The notes under the pieces are model-generated. The model saw nothing but the letters and a program-made list of their open reading frames with translations. It ran no database searches and was not told the origin of the DNA. Of a DNA stretch of 64,000 bases, positions 19,264-29,063 are shown piece by piece. The DNA is from Promethearchaeota archaeon (GTDB taxonomy: Archaea > Asgardarchaeota > Lokiarchaeia > Sigyniarchaeales > SOKP01). Position 1 is the first letter of the stretch. The number at the start of each line of letters is the position of its first letter. The position numbers were made by a program, and so were the translations under genes. Location: assembly GCA_030603385.1 (NCBI GenBank), contig JAUVXW010000017.1:8448-72447 (forward strand), given 5' to 3'.

Positions 19264-20982
19264 ATGACTGAAATTTTGGGATCTTTCTGTTTTGTTTTGC
19301 ACTCACATCTCCCGTGGGTTATAGGACATGGTGTATGGCCTCATGGAATGGATTGGGTGAATGAAGCGGCTGCAGAAACATATATTCCACTTTTAATAGA
19401 ATTATATAAACTTATAGATGATGGATATCATCCAAAACTTACTATTGGTATCACACCAGTATTATGTGAAATGCTTCGTAATCCTAGATTTATAGATGGA
19501 TTTCAAGGTTATCTAGAGGAAAAATATAATGCAGCCTTAAATGATTATGACTATTTTACAGAAAATAAATATATTGATGGAAGAATCAAATTAACAAAGT
19601 GGTGGCAGGAGTTCTATGACCGAGTCAGAGACAATTTCTTAAATAGATTCAATAAAGATATTTTGGGAGCATATAAAAAGCTGCAAGATATGGGACTTGT
19701 TGATATCATCACTTGTGGGGCAACTCATGGATACGCTCCATTACTTTCTAAAGATTCATCAATTGATGCACAATATAAAACAGCAGTCGATAATTACAAA
19801 CGTCATTTTGGGAGAGCTCCTACGGGTGCATGGTTACCTGAATGTGCCTATCGTCCAGGTTACCGATGGAAAAACCCTATAACAGGTGAAGAATATGATC
19901 GTCCTGGTGTGGAATATTTTCTTGCTAAAAATGGCTTGAAATACTTCTTTATAGATACTGCTTTACTGCTAGGTGGTAAATCACAGGGAGTTTATGCTGC
20001 TCGATTTCCTTTACTTGCTGAACTTTGGAAGCAATTTGAATCCCAATATGAAGAAATTCCAACTTCTTTTGAAAAATCTCAATATGAGCCATATTTAGTG
20101 TCTACTGATCCCAGCACTCCTGGTCCTGTTGGGTTTTTTACAAGAGATGAAAAAACAGGAATTGTGGTATGGAGTGGAGAACACGGATATCCTGGTTGCG
20201 CAGAGTACTTGGACTTCCATAAGAAGCATTTTCCTGGAGGGATGAAATACTGGAAAGTTACCAGCCCAAAGCTCGATCTGGGCAAGAAGATGCTATATTG
20301 GCCTGATGATGTTCCAGCTAAACTAGATGAGAATGCTAGCCATTATGTTAATTTAACTAAGGATATATTACGCGATTTTAAAGGTAAATCTGGGAGACCT
20401 GGTATCGTTGTTGCTCCCTATGACGCTGAACTCTTCGGACACTGGTGGTTTGAGGGAAATTGGTGGATTGCTCGCGTTCTTCGATGGATGGAAGATGACC
20501 CAGAAATTGACTTGACAAATACAAGAATTTATTTAGAAAATAATCCCCCAAATAAGGTAGTGAGTTTGATTGAAGGGTCATGGGGTCAAGCCTCTTCTCA
20601 CTGGGTCTGGCTTAACGAATGGTGTGAATGGTGTTGGAAACTCATCTATGAATGTGAAGCCAAGAGCGAAGATATTATAGCAAAATACAAAGACTCGCAC
20701 GATCCGAACCTCATAAAGATTTTAAAACAAATGGCAAGAGAACTCCTACTTTTACAAAGCTCCGATTGGGAATTCCTAATTACAACTTGGTCAGCTAGAG
20801 ATTATGCAGAAAACCGAGTTTCATTACATTACGAAAATTTTAGTCGACTATACGACATGGCCTCAAGGTATGGCGCGGGACAAAATATAGATGAAGGGGA
20901 GTGGCACTTTCTTGGTTCTATAGAAGCTAATGACGACTTATTTGAAGCGTTAGACCTCGAACCTTTTGCAAAAAAATCCTAA
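19264..20982 (+). CDS. GH57-family 1,4-alpha-glucan branching enzyme-like protein
   Basis: FVLHSHLPWV N-terminus, nucleophile block GAWLPECAYRPG, acid/base block YDAELFGHWWFEG, and a helical C-terminal domain, as in GH57 branching enzymes. Confidence 0.8.
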   Translation: MTEILGSFCFVLHSHLPWVIGHGVWPHGMDWVNEAAAETYIPLLIELYKLIDDGYHPKLTIGITPVLCEMLRNPRFIDGFQGYLEEKYNAALNDYDYFTENKYIDGRIKLTKWWQEFYDRVRDNFLNRFNKDILGAYKKLQDMGLVDIITCGATHGYAPLLSKDSSIDAQYKTAVDNYKRHFGRAPTGAWLPECAYRPGYRWKNPITGEEYDRPGVEYFLAKNGLKYFFIDTALLLGGKSQGVYAARFPLLAELWKQFESQYEEIPTSFEKSQYEPYLVSTDPSTPGPVGFFTRDEKTGIVVWSGEHGYPGCAEYLDFHKKHFPGGMKYWKVTSPKLDLGKKMLYWPDDVPAKLDENASHYVNLTKDILRDFKGKSGRPGIVVAPYDAELFGHWWFEGNWWIARVLRWMEDDPEIDLTNTRIYLENNPPNKVVSLIEGSWGQASSHWVWLNEWCEWCWKLIYECEAKSEDIIAKYKDSHDPNLIKILKQMARELLLLQSSDWEFLITTWSARDYAENRVSLHYENFSRLYDMASRYGAGQNIDEGEWHFLGSIEANDDLFEALDLEPFAKKS

Positions 20983-21003
20983 GAATTCTCATATTTTAAG
21001 ATA

Positions 21004-22599
21004 TCAGGGTTCCTTTTTTCTGAAATAATCTATGTTGATCTCTTGAAAACATGAGTCAATTGATTCAATTTCTTCTAACTCTCTCAATGCGATTCTATTT
21101 TTATCATCAAAGTCTTTTGCAGCCCATATCAACTTAAGAAATCTTTGGTGATGATGATGAAATCTCTGATTGGCATACTCTTTTGCTTGTTCAGTATAAA
21201 GAAGGAATGGCCAATCGCTACCTTCCATTAATAGTAATTCTCTAGCAATCTGGTTTAATATTCTTTTTTCCCAATTATTTGGATTCGGAATAATGTCCAA
21301 AACATCTTCAAATTCTTTAATTGAGCCACTTATATATGGCCATATCCAGCCATGTTCTGGATTTTTCCACACTTCGAAGTGCCCTCCCATTCCCCAACTA
21401 CTTTCCTTCAATTTAATTATCGAAAATTTGTCTTTATATCGAGATACGTAATCTGAAATAGAAGTCAATTCCACTTCTTCATTAATATTAATCAACTCAA
21501 TAACTCTATTCAACCAATCAATACCCTCCGCGAACCAATGACCGAACAATTCAAAATCAAATGGGGAAATTACTATTCCTTTTTCATGATACTTCTCTGA
21601 AAAAGCTTGAACCTCAGTTTCTAAAATATTCACAAAATTGTTTACTTGAGATTCAACTACTTCTTTTGCCTTAACAATATTATAGAGTTGCTTATTATTT
21701 CCTTCAATGTTTTTACCAGTAATCCTCCAATAATGCAAACCAGATTCAAAATCTTTTATATGAAATTCTCTATAATATTCATTACCAGGATATCCAATTT
21801 TAGCATCCCAAATTTGTCTACTTGTGTTTTTGTTTCGTCCGAAAACTGAAACACCAGTTTCTAAATTATAACCAAATTTTGTAGTTAAGCCTAAATCATT
21901 TTTTTGCCCAATAATTTCTGCATCAAGGATTCCATGGGAATCCACAAAAAAATATTCTATACCAGAATTATTTAACCAGTAATCAATACTCTCTCTAAAT
22001 TTACCTTTCTTGTATTCTTTGGGCCGGTAAGCGCATTCGGGAAGCCAAATACCTTTAGGTTCACTACTAAAATGTTTTTTATGAGTATCTACAGCTAATT
22101 GAATTTGAGAAAATATTCCGGAATCACTTTCAAAAAGTGGTAAAAAACCGTGTGTTGCTCCGCATGTTATTAATTCAATCATTCCTTCATCTTGGAGCCA
22201 TTTGAAGCTTCCTAAAATATCTGAATAGAAATTGTGATAAAAGGTATCTAATACGTATTCAAAATTTTTTAAGTGAAAGGCAGCTATTGCTCTTCTTTGG
22301 GGGTGGTTTTCAAACCGTTTAATATCTTTTTGTGCTCGTGAAATTAGATTTTCCATATATTCTGAAAATTGTTGTTTCATATACTCATCTGCTAATTGTT
22401 CAGCCAATATTGGAGTCATATCTATAGTTATAGCTGTTTTTATTCCTTTTTCTTTAAGATCTCTCAAAACATTCAATAAAGGGATATAAGTCTCATTCAT
22501 AGCTTCAAATAGCCATTCTTCTCCTGCAGGCCATCTTCCCGATCTTTTACACCATGGAATATGCCCATGTAGAATTAAACCAAAATATCCAAGAGTCAT
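21004..22599 (-). CDS. GH57-family 1,4-alpha-glucan branching enzyme-like protein (paralog)
   Basis: LILHGHIPWC, GIWLPECAYRP and FDFELFGHWFAEG. Collinear with the convergent neighbour. Confidence 0.8.
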   Translation of the reverse strand: MTLGYFGLILHGHIPWCKRSGRWPAGEEWLFEAMNETYIPLLNVLRDLKEKGIKTAITIDMTPILAEQLADEYMKQQFSEYMENLISRAQKDIKRFENHPQRRAIAAFHLKNFEYVLDTFYHNFYSDILGSFKWLQDEGMIELITCGATHGFLPLFESDSGIFSQIQLAVDTHKKHFSSEPKGIWLPECAYRPKEYKKGKFRESIDYWLNNSGIEYFFVDSHGILDAEIIGQKNDLGLTTKFGYNLETGVSVFGRNKNTSRQIWDAKIGYPGNEYYREFHIKDFESGLHYWRITGKNIEGNNKQLYNIVKAKEVVESQVNNFVNILETEVQAFSEKYHEKGIVISPFDFELFGHWFAEGIDWLNRVIELININEEVELTSISDYVSRYKDKFSIIKLKESSWGMGGHFEVWKNPEHGWIWPYISGSIKEFEDVLDIIPNPNNWEKRILNQIARELLLMEGSDWPFLLYTEQAKEYANQRFHHHHQRFLKLIWAAKDFDDKNRIALRELEEIESIDSCFQEINIDYFRKKEP

Positions 22600-22682
22600 G
22601 GTTAAGAAATAATTATTATTAGAACTTTTTTATTATATTTGTAGTGTATTATTTTCGAGTTTTTAAAATTAATAGTTTATAT

Positions 22683-23285
22683 CTACTTTTTCTTCTTATT
22701 AGTCCTTCTTTCTAATATTCTATGTGAAAAATTCTCGAATTTTAAAAGAAAGTTATCTAAATCATTTTTTTTCATTCGTTCTCTTATAGTACAAAAACCA
22801 GAGCACAACCCCCAGTTGAACGGAGTTTCACATTTATAGCAAGAGCCTAGAATACCATAGGCATGATATATATTTAATACTATTATTATAACATAAAAAG
22901 TAATAAATGCTGTTCCTATATTTACACTTTTAGAGTAAGAGCGTCCCATTATCCAATTAAATAATAAGGCTGCTCCTAAACCTATAAGAAATTTTTGAAT
23001 AATTTTCACTGCTTTATTTTTAGTAAGATTTAATGGGCTAAAGAAAAAAGTCCCTAAAAAGATCATGCTTAAAACAAAAAAAAAATCAGAATTGAAGAGT
23101 TCATTTTTATTAAAAATTCTAAGAAGGAGAAGTGTAATAATAGCTGTCGGATAACCAATGAAACATCCTATACATAACTTTATTTTCCCACATTTTAGTG
23201 TATGCCCTTTGAAATTTTCACATTCTGGATGATGACTTAGAAAAAAAGGGATGAAACTTTTTCCATATAGTAAAGATTTTCTCAA
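22683..23285 (-). CDS. DUF2085-like Cys-rich membrane protein
   Basis: FLSHHPECENF...LCIGCFIGYP resembles the DUF2085 core (HQ.PeRSF...CaRCtGiY). Several TM helices and C-terminal CYKC...C..FC. Confidence 0.45.
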   Translation of the reverse strand: MRKSLLYGKSFIPFFLSHHPECENFKGHTLKCGKIKLCIGCFIGYPTAIITLLLLRIFNKNELFNSDFFFVLSMIFLGTFFFSPLNLTKNKAVKIIQKFLIGLGAALLFNWIMGRSYSKSVNIGTAFITFYVIIIVLNIYHAYGILGSCYKCETPFNWGLCSGFCTIRERMKKNDLDNFLLKFENFSHRILERRTNKKKK

Positions 23286-23471
23286 TCTGCTCTGCTTTTT
23301 CTTAGTACTACTAATTGAACTTATATTCTCTATTGGTTTATCATTATGGTTATGGCTTATTTATTTCACCCTCAATTCTACACTTTTTAAAAAGAAATAA
23401 TGTATTTCATAAACCTTAGAAAAAATATTTCATTGTCTTTGAGTATCTAATAATTCTTGAAATTAAATATC

Positions 23472-23900
23472 CTACCAATAAGGGGTCCACGCAAACCATG
23501 ATACAACCCAGAACATCATCATGAAGAAGCAAACAAAGTCTATAACACCTAAAACTAACCCTAACACTGCCATTCCAGTATTTTCGTCTTTACTTAATCC
23601 AAGCGCTCCCAATATTATTGCTACTATTCCAAAAATAATTCCACCACAAAATAAACCAAGAATTCCACATACCAAAGCTGCTGTACCATAATTTTTTTCT
23701 CCCCCCCTAGAGTACGACCTTTGATAAAGACGTGTTTGATATTGTGGTGGTGGTGGTTGCGGTTGTGCCACCGGTCGAGGCTGAGGCACATTTACTTCTT
23801 TACGAACTTTGCCACATTTAGGACATGCATTCCAAGATTCTTCAATTTCCCCTCCGCATTCCATACAGTATGGTGACATGATATTATTTAATAATCTCAA
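23472..23900 (-). CDS. Zinc-ribbon protein with a Pro/Gln-rich linker and C-terminal TM helices (DUF4190-like)
   Basis: CMECGG...CPKCG, then PQPRPVAQPQPPPPQYQ, then Gly-rich TM helices GILGLFCGGIIFGIVAIILG. Confidence 0.5.
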   Translation of the reverse strand: MRLLNNIMSPYCMECGGEIEESWNACPKCGKVRKEVNVPQPRPVAQPQPPPPQYQTRLYQRSYSRGGEKNYGTAALVCGILGLFCGGIIFGIVAIILGALGLSKDENTGMAVLGLVLGVIDFVCFFMMMFWVVSWFAWTPYW

Positions 23901-24016
23901 TAATATAAGTATTTCATTTTTCTATAATTTAAAGAGAAATATTTGTACGCAATCTTTTAATGCTCTTGTAATAGATTAATAGTATTTAAACTCGCTTTGA
24001 AACAAAACAAGGAATA

Positions 24017-25168
24017 TTATATATTTGTACCCAGCTCTAAAGTTTGGTCTCTAATTTGGGAGTTATTGCTAATTTTACAATTTGGAGCAACTATAGCCCT
24101 TTCTAAAACGACATTGTCACCAATTTCACAATCATTACAGATTATACTTTCTGTAATAATACAACCTGCTCCAATCTTTATATTATCCCATATGACGCTT
24201 TTTTCAATCATAGTATCTTCCCCAATAATGACATTTTGTCCTATAGAGGAGAGTTCCTTTATTTTCACCCGATTTTCTAATTGAACAAATTCTCCAAAAC
24301 AAGCTGGTTTATCGATTATTATATTTTGTCCAGCATTAATAACACCCATTACATAAACTCCGTCATATTCTACACCATTAGGCAAAATCGGCCATGCATG
24401 TTTTCGAAGCAAGTCCCAATTTAACCATAGATATGTAGTAGAATTTCCAGCGTCCATCCAGTAATAATTTCTGACAAATCCATATAAATCATACTGGTTT
24501 TCAAGGAGATAAGGAAAAACTTCACTCCCAAAATCCATTAACTCTGTTTCCTGAAGAATATTACCTATATCCTTATTAAAACAATAAATTCCTGTATTTA
24601 TTATATTAGTGTGAAGAAAGAGATCAGCCCTTTGGGCCATACTTGACACATATAATTCCATAGGTGCGGGTTTTTCTAAAAAGAGATAAATTTTACGATT
24701 CTTATCTAAGAGTACTACTCCATATTGAGAAGTGTGACTTTCAACTGTTTTCATTGAAATTGTGGCTAATCCTTTTTTTTCTGAGTGAAAAGTCATAAAA
24801 TCTTTCATTGGAAGGTTTGTGACAATATCTGCCATACTGACAACAACTTTTTCAGAATCAATACGATCTGTTAATAATCGATACGCCTCAGCTGTACCTT
24901 TGCTATCTTGTATTTCACATTCTAATTCGACATCTCCTAATTTATCAGGAGTCCAGGTTTTTTCTATATACTTCTTTAGAGTTTCTCCTTGATATGCTAA
25001 AGCAAGTACGATATGCTTTATATCTGCATATACTAAATGTGCAATAGCATAATCAACCATAGGAACATTAGTAACTTTTACCAAAGGTTTTGGAATTAGA
25101 GAGGTCAAAGGCATTAATCTTTTACCCTTACCGCCAGCCAGGATTATTGCAGACCATTCACGTGTCAT
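24017..25168 (-). CDS. Sugar-1-phosphate nucleotidyltransferase with a C-terminal left-handed beta-helix
   Basis: N-terminal ILAGGKGKRLMPLTSLIPKPLV pyrophosphorylase signature. C-terminal hexapeptide-like repeats (IGEDTMIEKSVIWDNIKIGAGCIITESII...). Confidence 0.85.
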   Translation of the reverse strand: MTREWSAIILAGGKGKRLMPLTSLIPKPLVKVTNVPMVDYAIAHLVYADIKHIVLALAYQGETLKKYIEKTWTPDKLGDVELECEIQDSKGTAEAYRLLTDRIDSEKVVVSMADIVTNLPMKDFMTFHSEKKGLATISMKTVESHTSQYGVVLLDKNRKIYLFLEKPAPMELYVSSMAQRADLFLHTNIINTGIYCFNKDIGNILQETELMDFGSEVFPYLLENQYDLYGFVRNYYWMDAGNSTTYLWLNWDLLRKHAWPILPNGVEYDGVYVMGVINAGQNIIIDKPACFGEFVQLENRVKIKELSSIGQNVIIGEDTMIEKSVIWDNIKIGAGCIITESIICNDCEIGDNVVLERAIVAPNCKISNNSQIRDQTLELGTNI

Positions 25169-25459
25169 TTTAAGCTAATTTTTAACTTGAGAAAGAAAAA
25201 ACATGAATTCATCAAGAAAACACATTATATATAACATATTCAATAGATATAAATCTAATTTTATTTGATATAAAAAAGTTATTAATTCGTCAATTTATAT
25301 TGAATTACTACTATAATATATGAAAGATTTCAGGTTTAAATCTGTGATAATTTCTTTATTAATATAAAGACTAATATTAAGACTTTGTTATTCGACACCT
25401 TTTAAACTTAAAATTAGGTAAAATTAAAATAAATTTTAGAAATAATTTTCTATAAAATT

Positions 25460-26638
25460 TCAAGAAATATTCTCATCTGGAAGTCTTGCACCAAATCTGC
25501 GTTTTAGCAAAAAAATCGTGATCCCTATGGCAACAACAGAAATTATGATAACACTTGATATAATGAGAATAAAATTGTCTTGACGATCTTTTACTATGGT
25601 AACGGTTATTCCATCTGATCCTCCAATTAAATCAGTATAAGAATATCCTGGGGATGCATGAGGAAAGGTAGACCCTGAAACAAATCCCCTAGCATTAATC
25701 GATATGAAACCTTGGGTATCTAGCGTTTTAGCAACTATTCGCCATTGAACTGTTTCAGTATCTCCACTTTGTAATTCTCCAATAGGTAGACTTTTTGAAG
25801 GGTTTTCTTCCGGGGAAAGTGAAAACCCCGGGGGTAATTGTATGGTTGCATTACATGTTGAAGCGGTGTAATAATTATAATCGAAATAAGTTGGACACAC
25901 ATATTCAACGTTAGCGGATAGTGTGAATGTTGAGTTAACCACAACAGAGGAAGGAGAAGTGATTGAGATATCCCATGGGTGGATAAACAATCCCCAATTT
26001 CCAGAATATGCCCATAAATCCATAAAAGTAGCATAATTTATTCTATTATATCCTTGAATCAGAGGATCGCGTGTAATTAAATTATTAATAATACTACCAT
26101 CCCTGTTATATCCTATAACAACTCTAAAGTGCCCACCTGAATGACTTTCATCATACCATTGTAAAACAATAATTGGATAACCAGCATCTATTAAATTTAT
26201 TAAGCCTGTAGCTGATGTGAAGTAATTCTCGAATGTACCATATCCAATTTTTCTATTAATATAACCTGTTATATTGCTAACCATTTCATCGCCTACAGAT
26301 GTACTTAAATTGCTGAAATGAGTTGCACGCCGCATATCATCAGTAAAAGTCGATTTACTTATAAAATCAGTTCTAGCAGCATCTGCAATCTCATATTGCG
26401 AAATATCAGGTCCGAAATAATCGAAAACCATCTCTAAACAAGCTGGACCGCAATAATAGTTTTTAATTTGAGAATAGTAGGGAACCGATGGGATTATTAC
26501 ATCATTTGCTGCTAACCTTAAATCTGAGTTAATATCATCAAATACACAAGATCCAGTTTCTGTTCGACTTTTGTTATGAATAAAAGGTCCTATTATTATT
26601 ATTACTATGAAGACACTAATTTTTAATCTCTTTTTCAT
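25460..26638 (-). CDS. Membrane-anchored extracellular papain-like (peptidase C39-like) protein
   Basis: N-terminal signal/TM. YYSQIKNYYCGPACLEMVFDYFG (Cys nucleophile block) and GGHFRVVIGY (His block). A beta-rich domain, then a C-terminal TM (ILIISSVIIISVVAIGITIFLL). Confidence 0.55.
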   Translation of the reverse strand: MKKRLKISVFIVIIIIGPFIHNKSRTETGSCVFDDINSDLRLAANDVIIPSVPYYSQIKNYYCGPACLEMVFDYFGPDISQYEIADAARTDFISKSTFTDDMRRATHFSNLSTSVGDEMVSNITGYINRKIGYGTFENYFTSATGLINLIDAGYPIIVLQWYDESHSGGHFRVVIGYNRDGSIINNLITRDPLIQGYNRINYATFMDLWAYSGNWGLFIHPWDISITSPSSVVVNSTFTLSANVEYVCPTYFDYNYYTASTCNATIQLPPGFSLSPEENPSKSLPIGELQSGDTETVQWRIVAKTLDTQGFISINARGFVSGSTFPHASPGYSYTDLIGGSDGITVTIVKDRQDNFILIISSVIIISVVAIGITIFLLKRRFGARLPDENIS

Positions 26639-26806
26639 TTGGATTTACTTCTCTCTAATTAATAACTTTCAATCATTAAAACTCCAACTTTAACATTGAG
26701 GTAGAGATAAATAAGAAATTTCATTATTTAATAATTTATTTTTTATGAATAATTTTTACAGCAATAATCACAAAATTCAATCAATGAAGGTATTGTATAA
26801 TTATTT

Positions 26807-28033
26807 TTATTGAAGATACTTTTTTAATGTTTCTCTTATTTCTTTTGCTGCGATATGAGGTAATTTTCTTGCTACACGCATATCATCTGCCATTTCAGCA
26901 CCACCAATTGTCTCATGGGGAATAATATCCGCAAACAAATGAAAATTAGCATCATAACCATATGGACAACAATTAAATAAGATATTTCGGTTTTTATCAA
27001 TTTCTATATCATCTAATGCTTGAAAAATTACTTTCAAAGAATATGCTAATTCTTCAATTTGATTAATCTTCAACTGGGAAAATCGTCTTAGGTGCTCATT
27101 TGGATGGAATCTAATATGGTAATTCCTTACTGGACTACCAGTGTTATAAAAGGTCCAGAATTCAGATTTCAGAATTATTCTATCTGTATCTCCGTGTGTT
27201 GTTTGGCAAAGATGGCAATTATCCCCCATTTCCTTGAATGCTTCAAGATATCCTTCTAATCGACTACCATGACCGTCCATATTTAAATCTATATAAGTCT
27301 GACTATGAATACGAGGTTGAGAACCACCGGCCTTCCTTCCTATGTTAAAAAATGGCATTACTGGGATATCATAATAGTCCTTATCAATAGCTTCTTCAAT
27401 ACAATAAAGGATAGCAGCTTTCATAGAAAGGAAAATTCCGGATAAAGCCTCCTCAGGGATTAAATTAAAACATAAAGAAGGGTAAAAATGTCTTGAGATT
27501 GTTACTAAATTGATTCCTCTGGAAAGCTTCAAATGAGAAGGTAAATTATCTTTTACATACTTTTCGATATCGGGATCTACTATTCGTGCCATTGAAGGAT
27601 ACCTGTTAATTAAAGTGAGCGCTTTATTAGCCTCTGGTATCCTTTCAATCCGATGTGGTTTCTCTGAAAAAGGCTTGTCTCTCCTAATTTCATCCTGAGT
27701 AATTATCATCGTATATACATCACCAATTGGTATTCCCCCATCGTCATATACTTGTTTTCCTTCTATAACAGAAGAAAATACGTCCTTATGTTTTTTTAAA
27801 ATTTCCTTTGAACAATCAAAGAATTCTTTTTCTTCTTCTATTGTCTTGAAACCTTTAGGTCTTTCACCCCGAATTGGAGATATATAAGAATAATGACCAT
27901 AATATCTTGTTCGCCCACTTCGAACACCAAAATCCTCTGAAGTAATCTTTACTGTAGAAAGTGGATCCCATCGTTTAATTGGAACTTCATAAATATCCTT
28001 AAAATTCTCTGTGTTGATTATACCCCACTCCAT
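26807..28033 (-). CDS. GalT-like (HIT-superfamily) hexose-1-phosphate nucleotidyltransferase or NDP-sugar phosphorylase
   Basis: LINRYPSMA (compare feNkyPal), GGSQPRIHSQTYI (compare gaSqpHpHgQ) and a second half-domain FHLFADIIPH. Confidence 0.55.
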   Translation of the reverse strand: MEWGIINTENFKDIYEVPIKRWDPLSTVKITSEDFGVRSGRTRYYGHYSYISPIRGERPKGFKTIEEEKEFFDCSKEILKKHKDVFSSVIEGKQVYDDGGIPIGDVYTMIITQDEIRRDKPFSEKPHRIERIPEANKALTLINRYPSMARIVDPDIEKYVKDNLPSHLKLSRGINLVTISRHFYPSLCFNLIPEEALSGIFLSMKAAILYCIEEAIDKDYYDIPVMPFFNIGRKAGGSQPRIHSQTYIDLNMDGHGSRLEGYLEAFKEMGDNCHLCQTTHGDTDRIILKSEFWTFYNTGSPVRNYHIRFHPNEHLRRFSQLKINQIEELAYSLKVIFQALDDIEIDKNRNILFNCCPYGYDANFHLFADIIPHETIGGAEMADDMRVARKLPHIAAKEIRETLKKYLQ

Positions 28034-28342
28034 GAATTTTGGTTTGTATTCTTCACTATCAGAGCCTTCTTTTTTATCAGAAATGAAAATTACCTCCTTT
28101 TTTGATTCAAATTGAATTTTTTCTTAGAGATCAATAATATTATGTAATTTATTTCATACTTAAATAACTAATTACTCATGGTAACAATTATTTTCTCATA
28201 ACTATATCTTGCTTTCGCAATATTAAAAAGCTAGGCAGAGAAGTTTCAAACTTAAACTGAACTGTTATATTAATGAAGTAAAACTAAAAAAAAGAAAATG
28301 AGGAAAGGTTGGTTCCTTCTAACCTAAAAATCCATTTAAATA

Positions 28343-28648
28343 TTAGTACTCGAGCCTCTTAACTATCTTGTAAGTTTTAAATTCTCGAACAGGTTCATTA
28401 TTTTCATCCATTTTTTCAAAAGGTACACGTACATAGTTCTTATCGTCGATTTTCTCAACCTCGACTTCTTTATATTTTATTATTTCATTCGCTCTTTTTA
28501 ATTCTTTTATTAGGAAATCCCTAACGGCACAACGGATTAATTCAGAGCGCGACGGATATAAACCATCCTCTCCTATCAACCTCTTAATACTCTCTAGATA
28601 AGTTTCAGGTATATTAACAGTAACAATTTTCATACAATTTCTCCTCAT
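28343..28648 (-). CDS. Ribbon-helix-helix (CopG-family) DNA-binding protein
   Basis: MKIVTVNIPETYLESIKRLIGEDGLYPSRSELIRCAVRDFL is a canonical beta-alpha-alpha RHH. Likely start at the internal ATG (28633). Flanked by about 310-bp and 415-bp AT-rich spacers. Confidence 0.7.
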   Translation of the reverse strand: MRRNCMKIVTVNIPETYLESIKRLIGEDGLYPSRSELIRCAVRDFLIKELKRANEIIKYKEVEVEKIDDKNYVRVPFEKMDENNEPVREFKTYKIVKRLEY

Positions 28649-29063
28649 TCAAAATCGAAATTCGGCATACTGACTAAAGCCTTTTTTAAATCAATCGCCT
28701 TAAACCACAATTTTTTTTATAATATCAAAGATGATAAGATAATATATAAACATTTTTTTTTACCGCATTAATATATTTAAAGCAATACTATTTTGTCATG
28801 TTTTTACTATTCCAAAATGTTTATTAACACATTAATTTTTAAAACATTGCTGTACTCCTCAAATTTAAGGATGTTTTTGGGGTTTATATTCTAGATAAAA
28901 AATGTTTAATTTCCTTTATTGTTTTTTTGAAAAATTTTAATTAAGATTTGAACTTAAATTAAAATCTTTAATTTATTTAAATAATCCTAAACAAAATCTC
29001 AATTAAAATAGCCATTTATTTAAGTAAAAAATATTAAATAAGACTCTACCCTTTCAAATAATT

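Noticed and set aside
23997-24284. 95-aa plus-strand ORF
   Set aside because: Lies entirely inside the nucleotidyltransferase gene on the opposite strand. It has no motif and is read as a shadow ORF.
28649-29063. Repeated ATGTTT-containing words and a weak AAGATTT...AAATCTT inverted repeat in the spacer upstream of the M23-like gene
   Set aside because: The arms are short (7 bp or less) and AT-rich. This is expected by chance in this composition.
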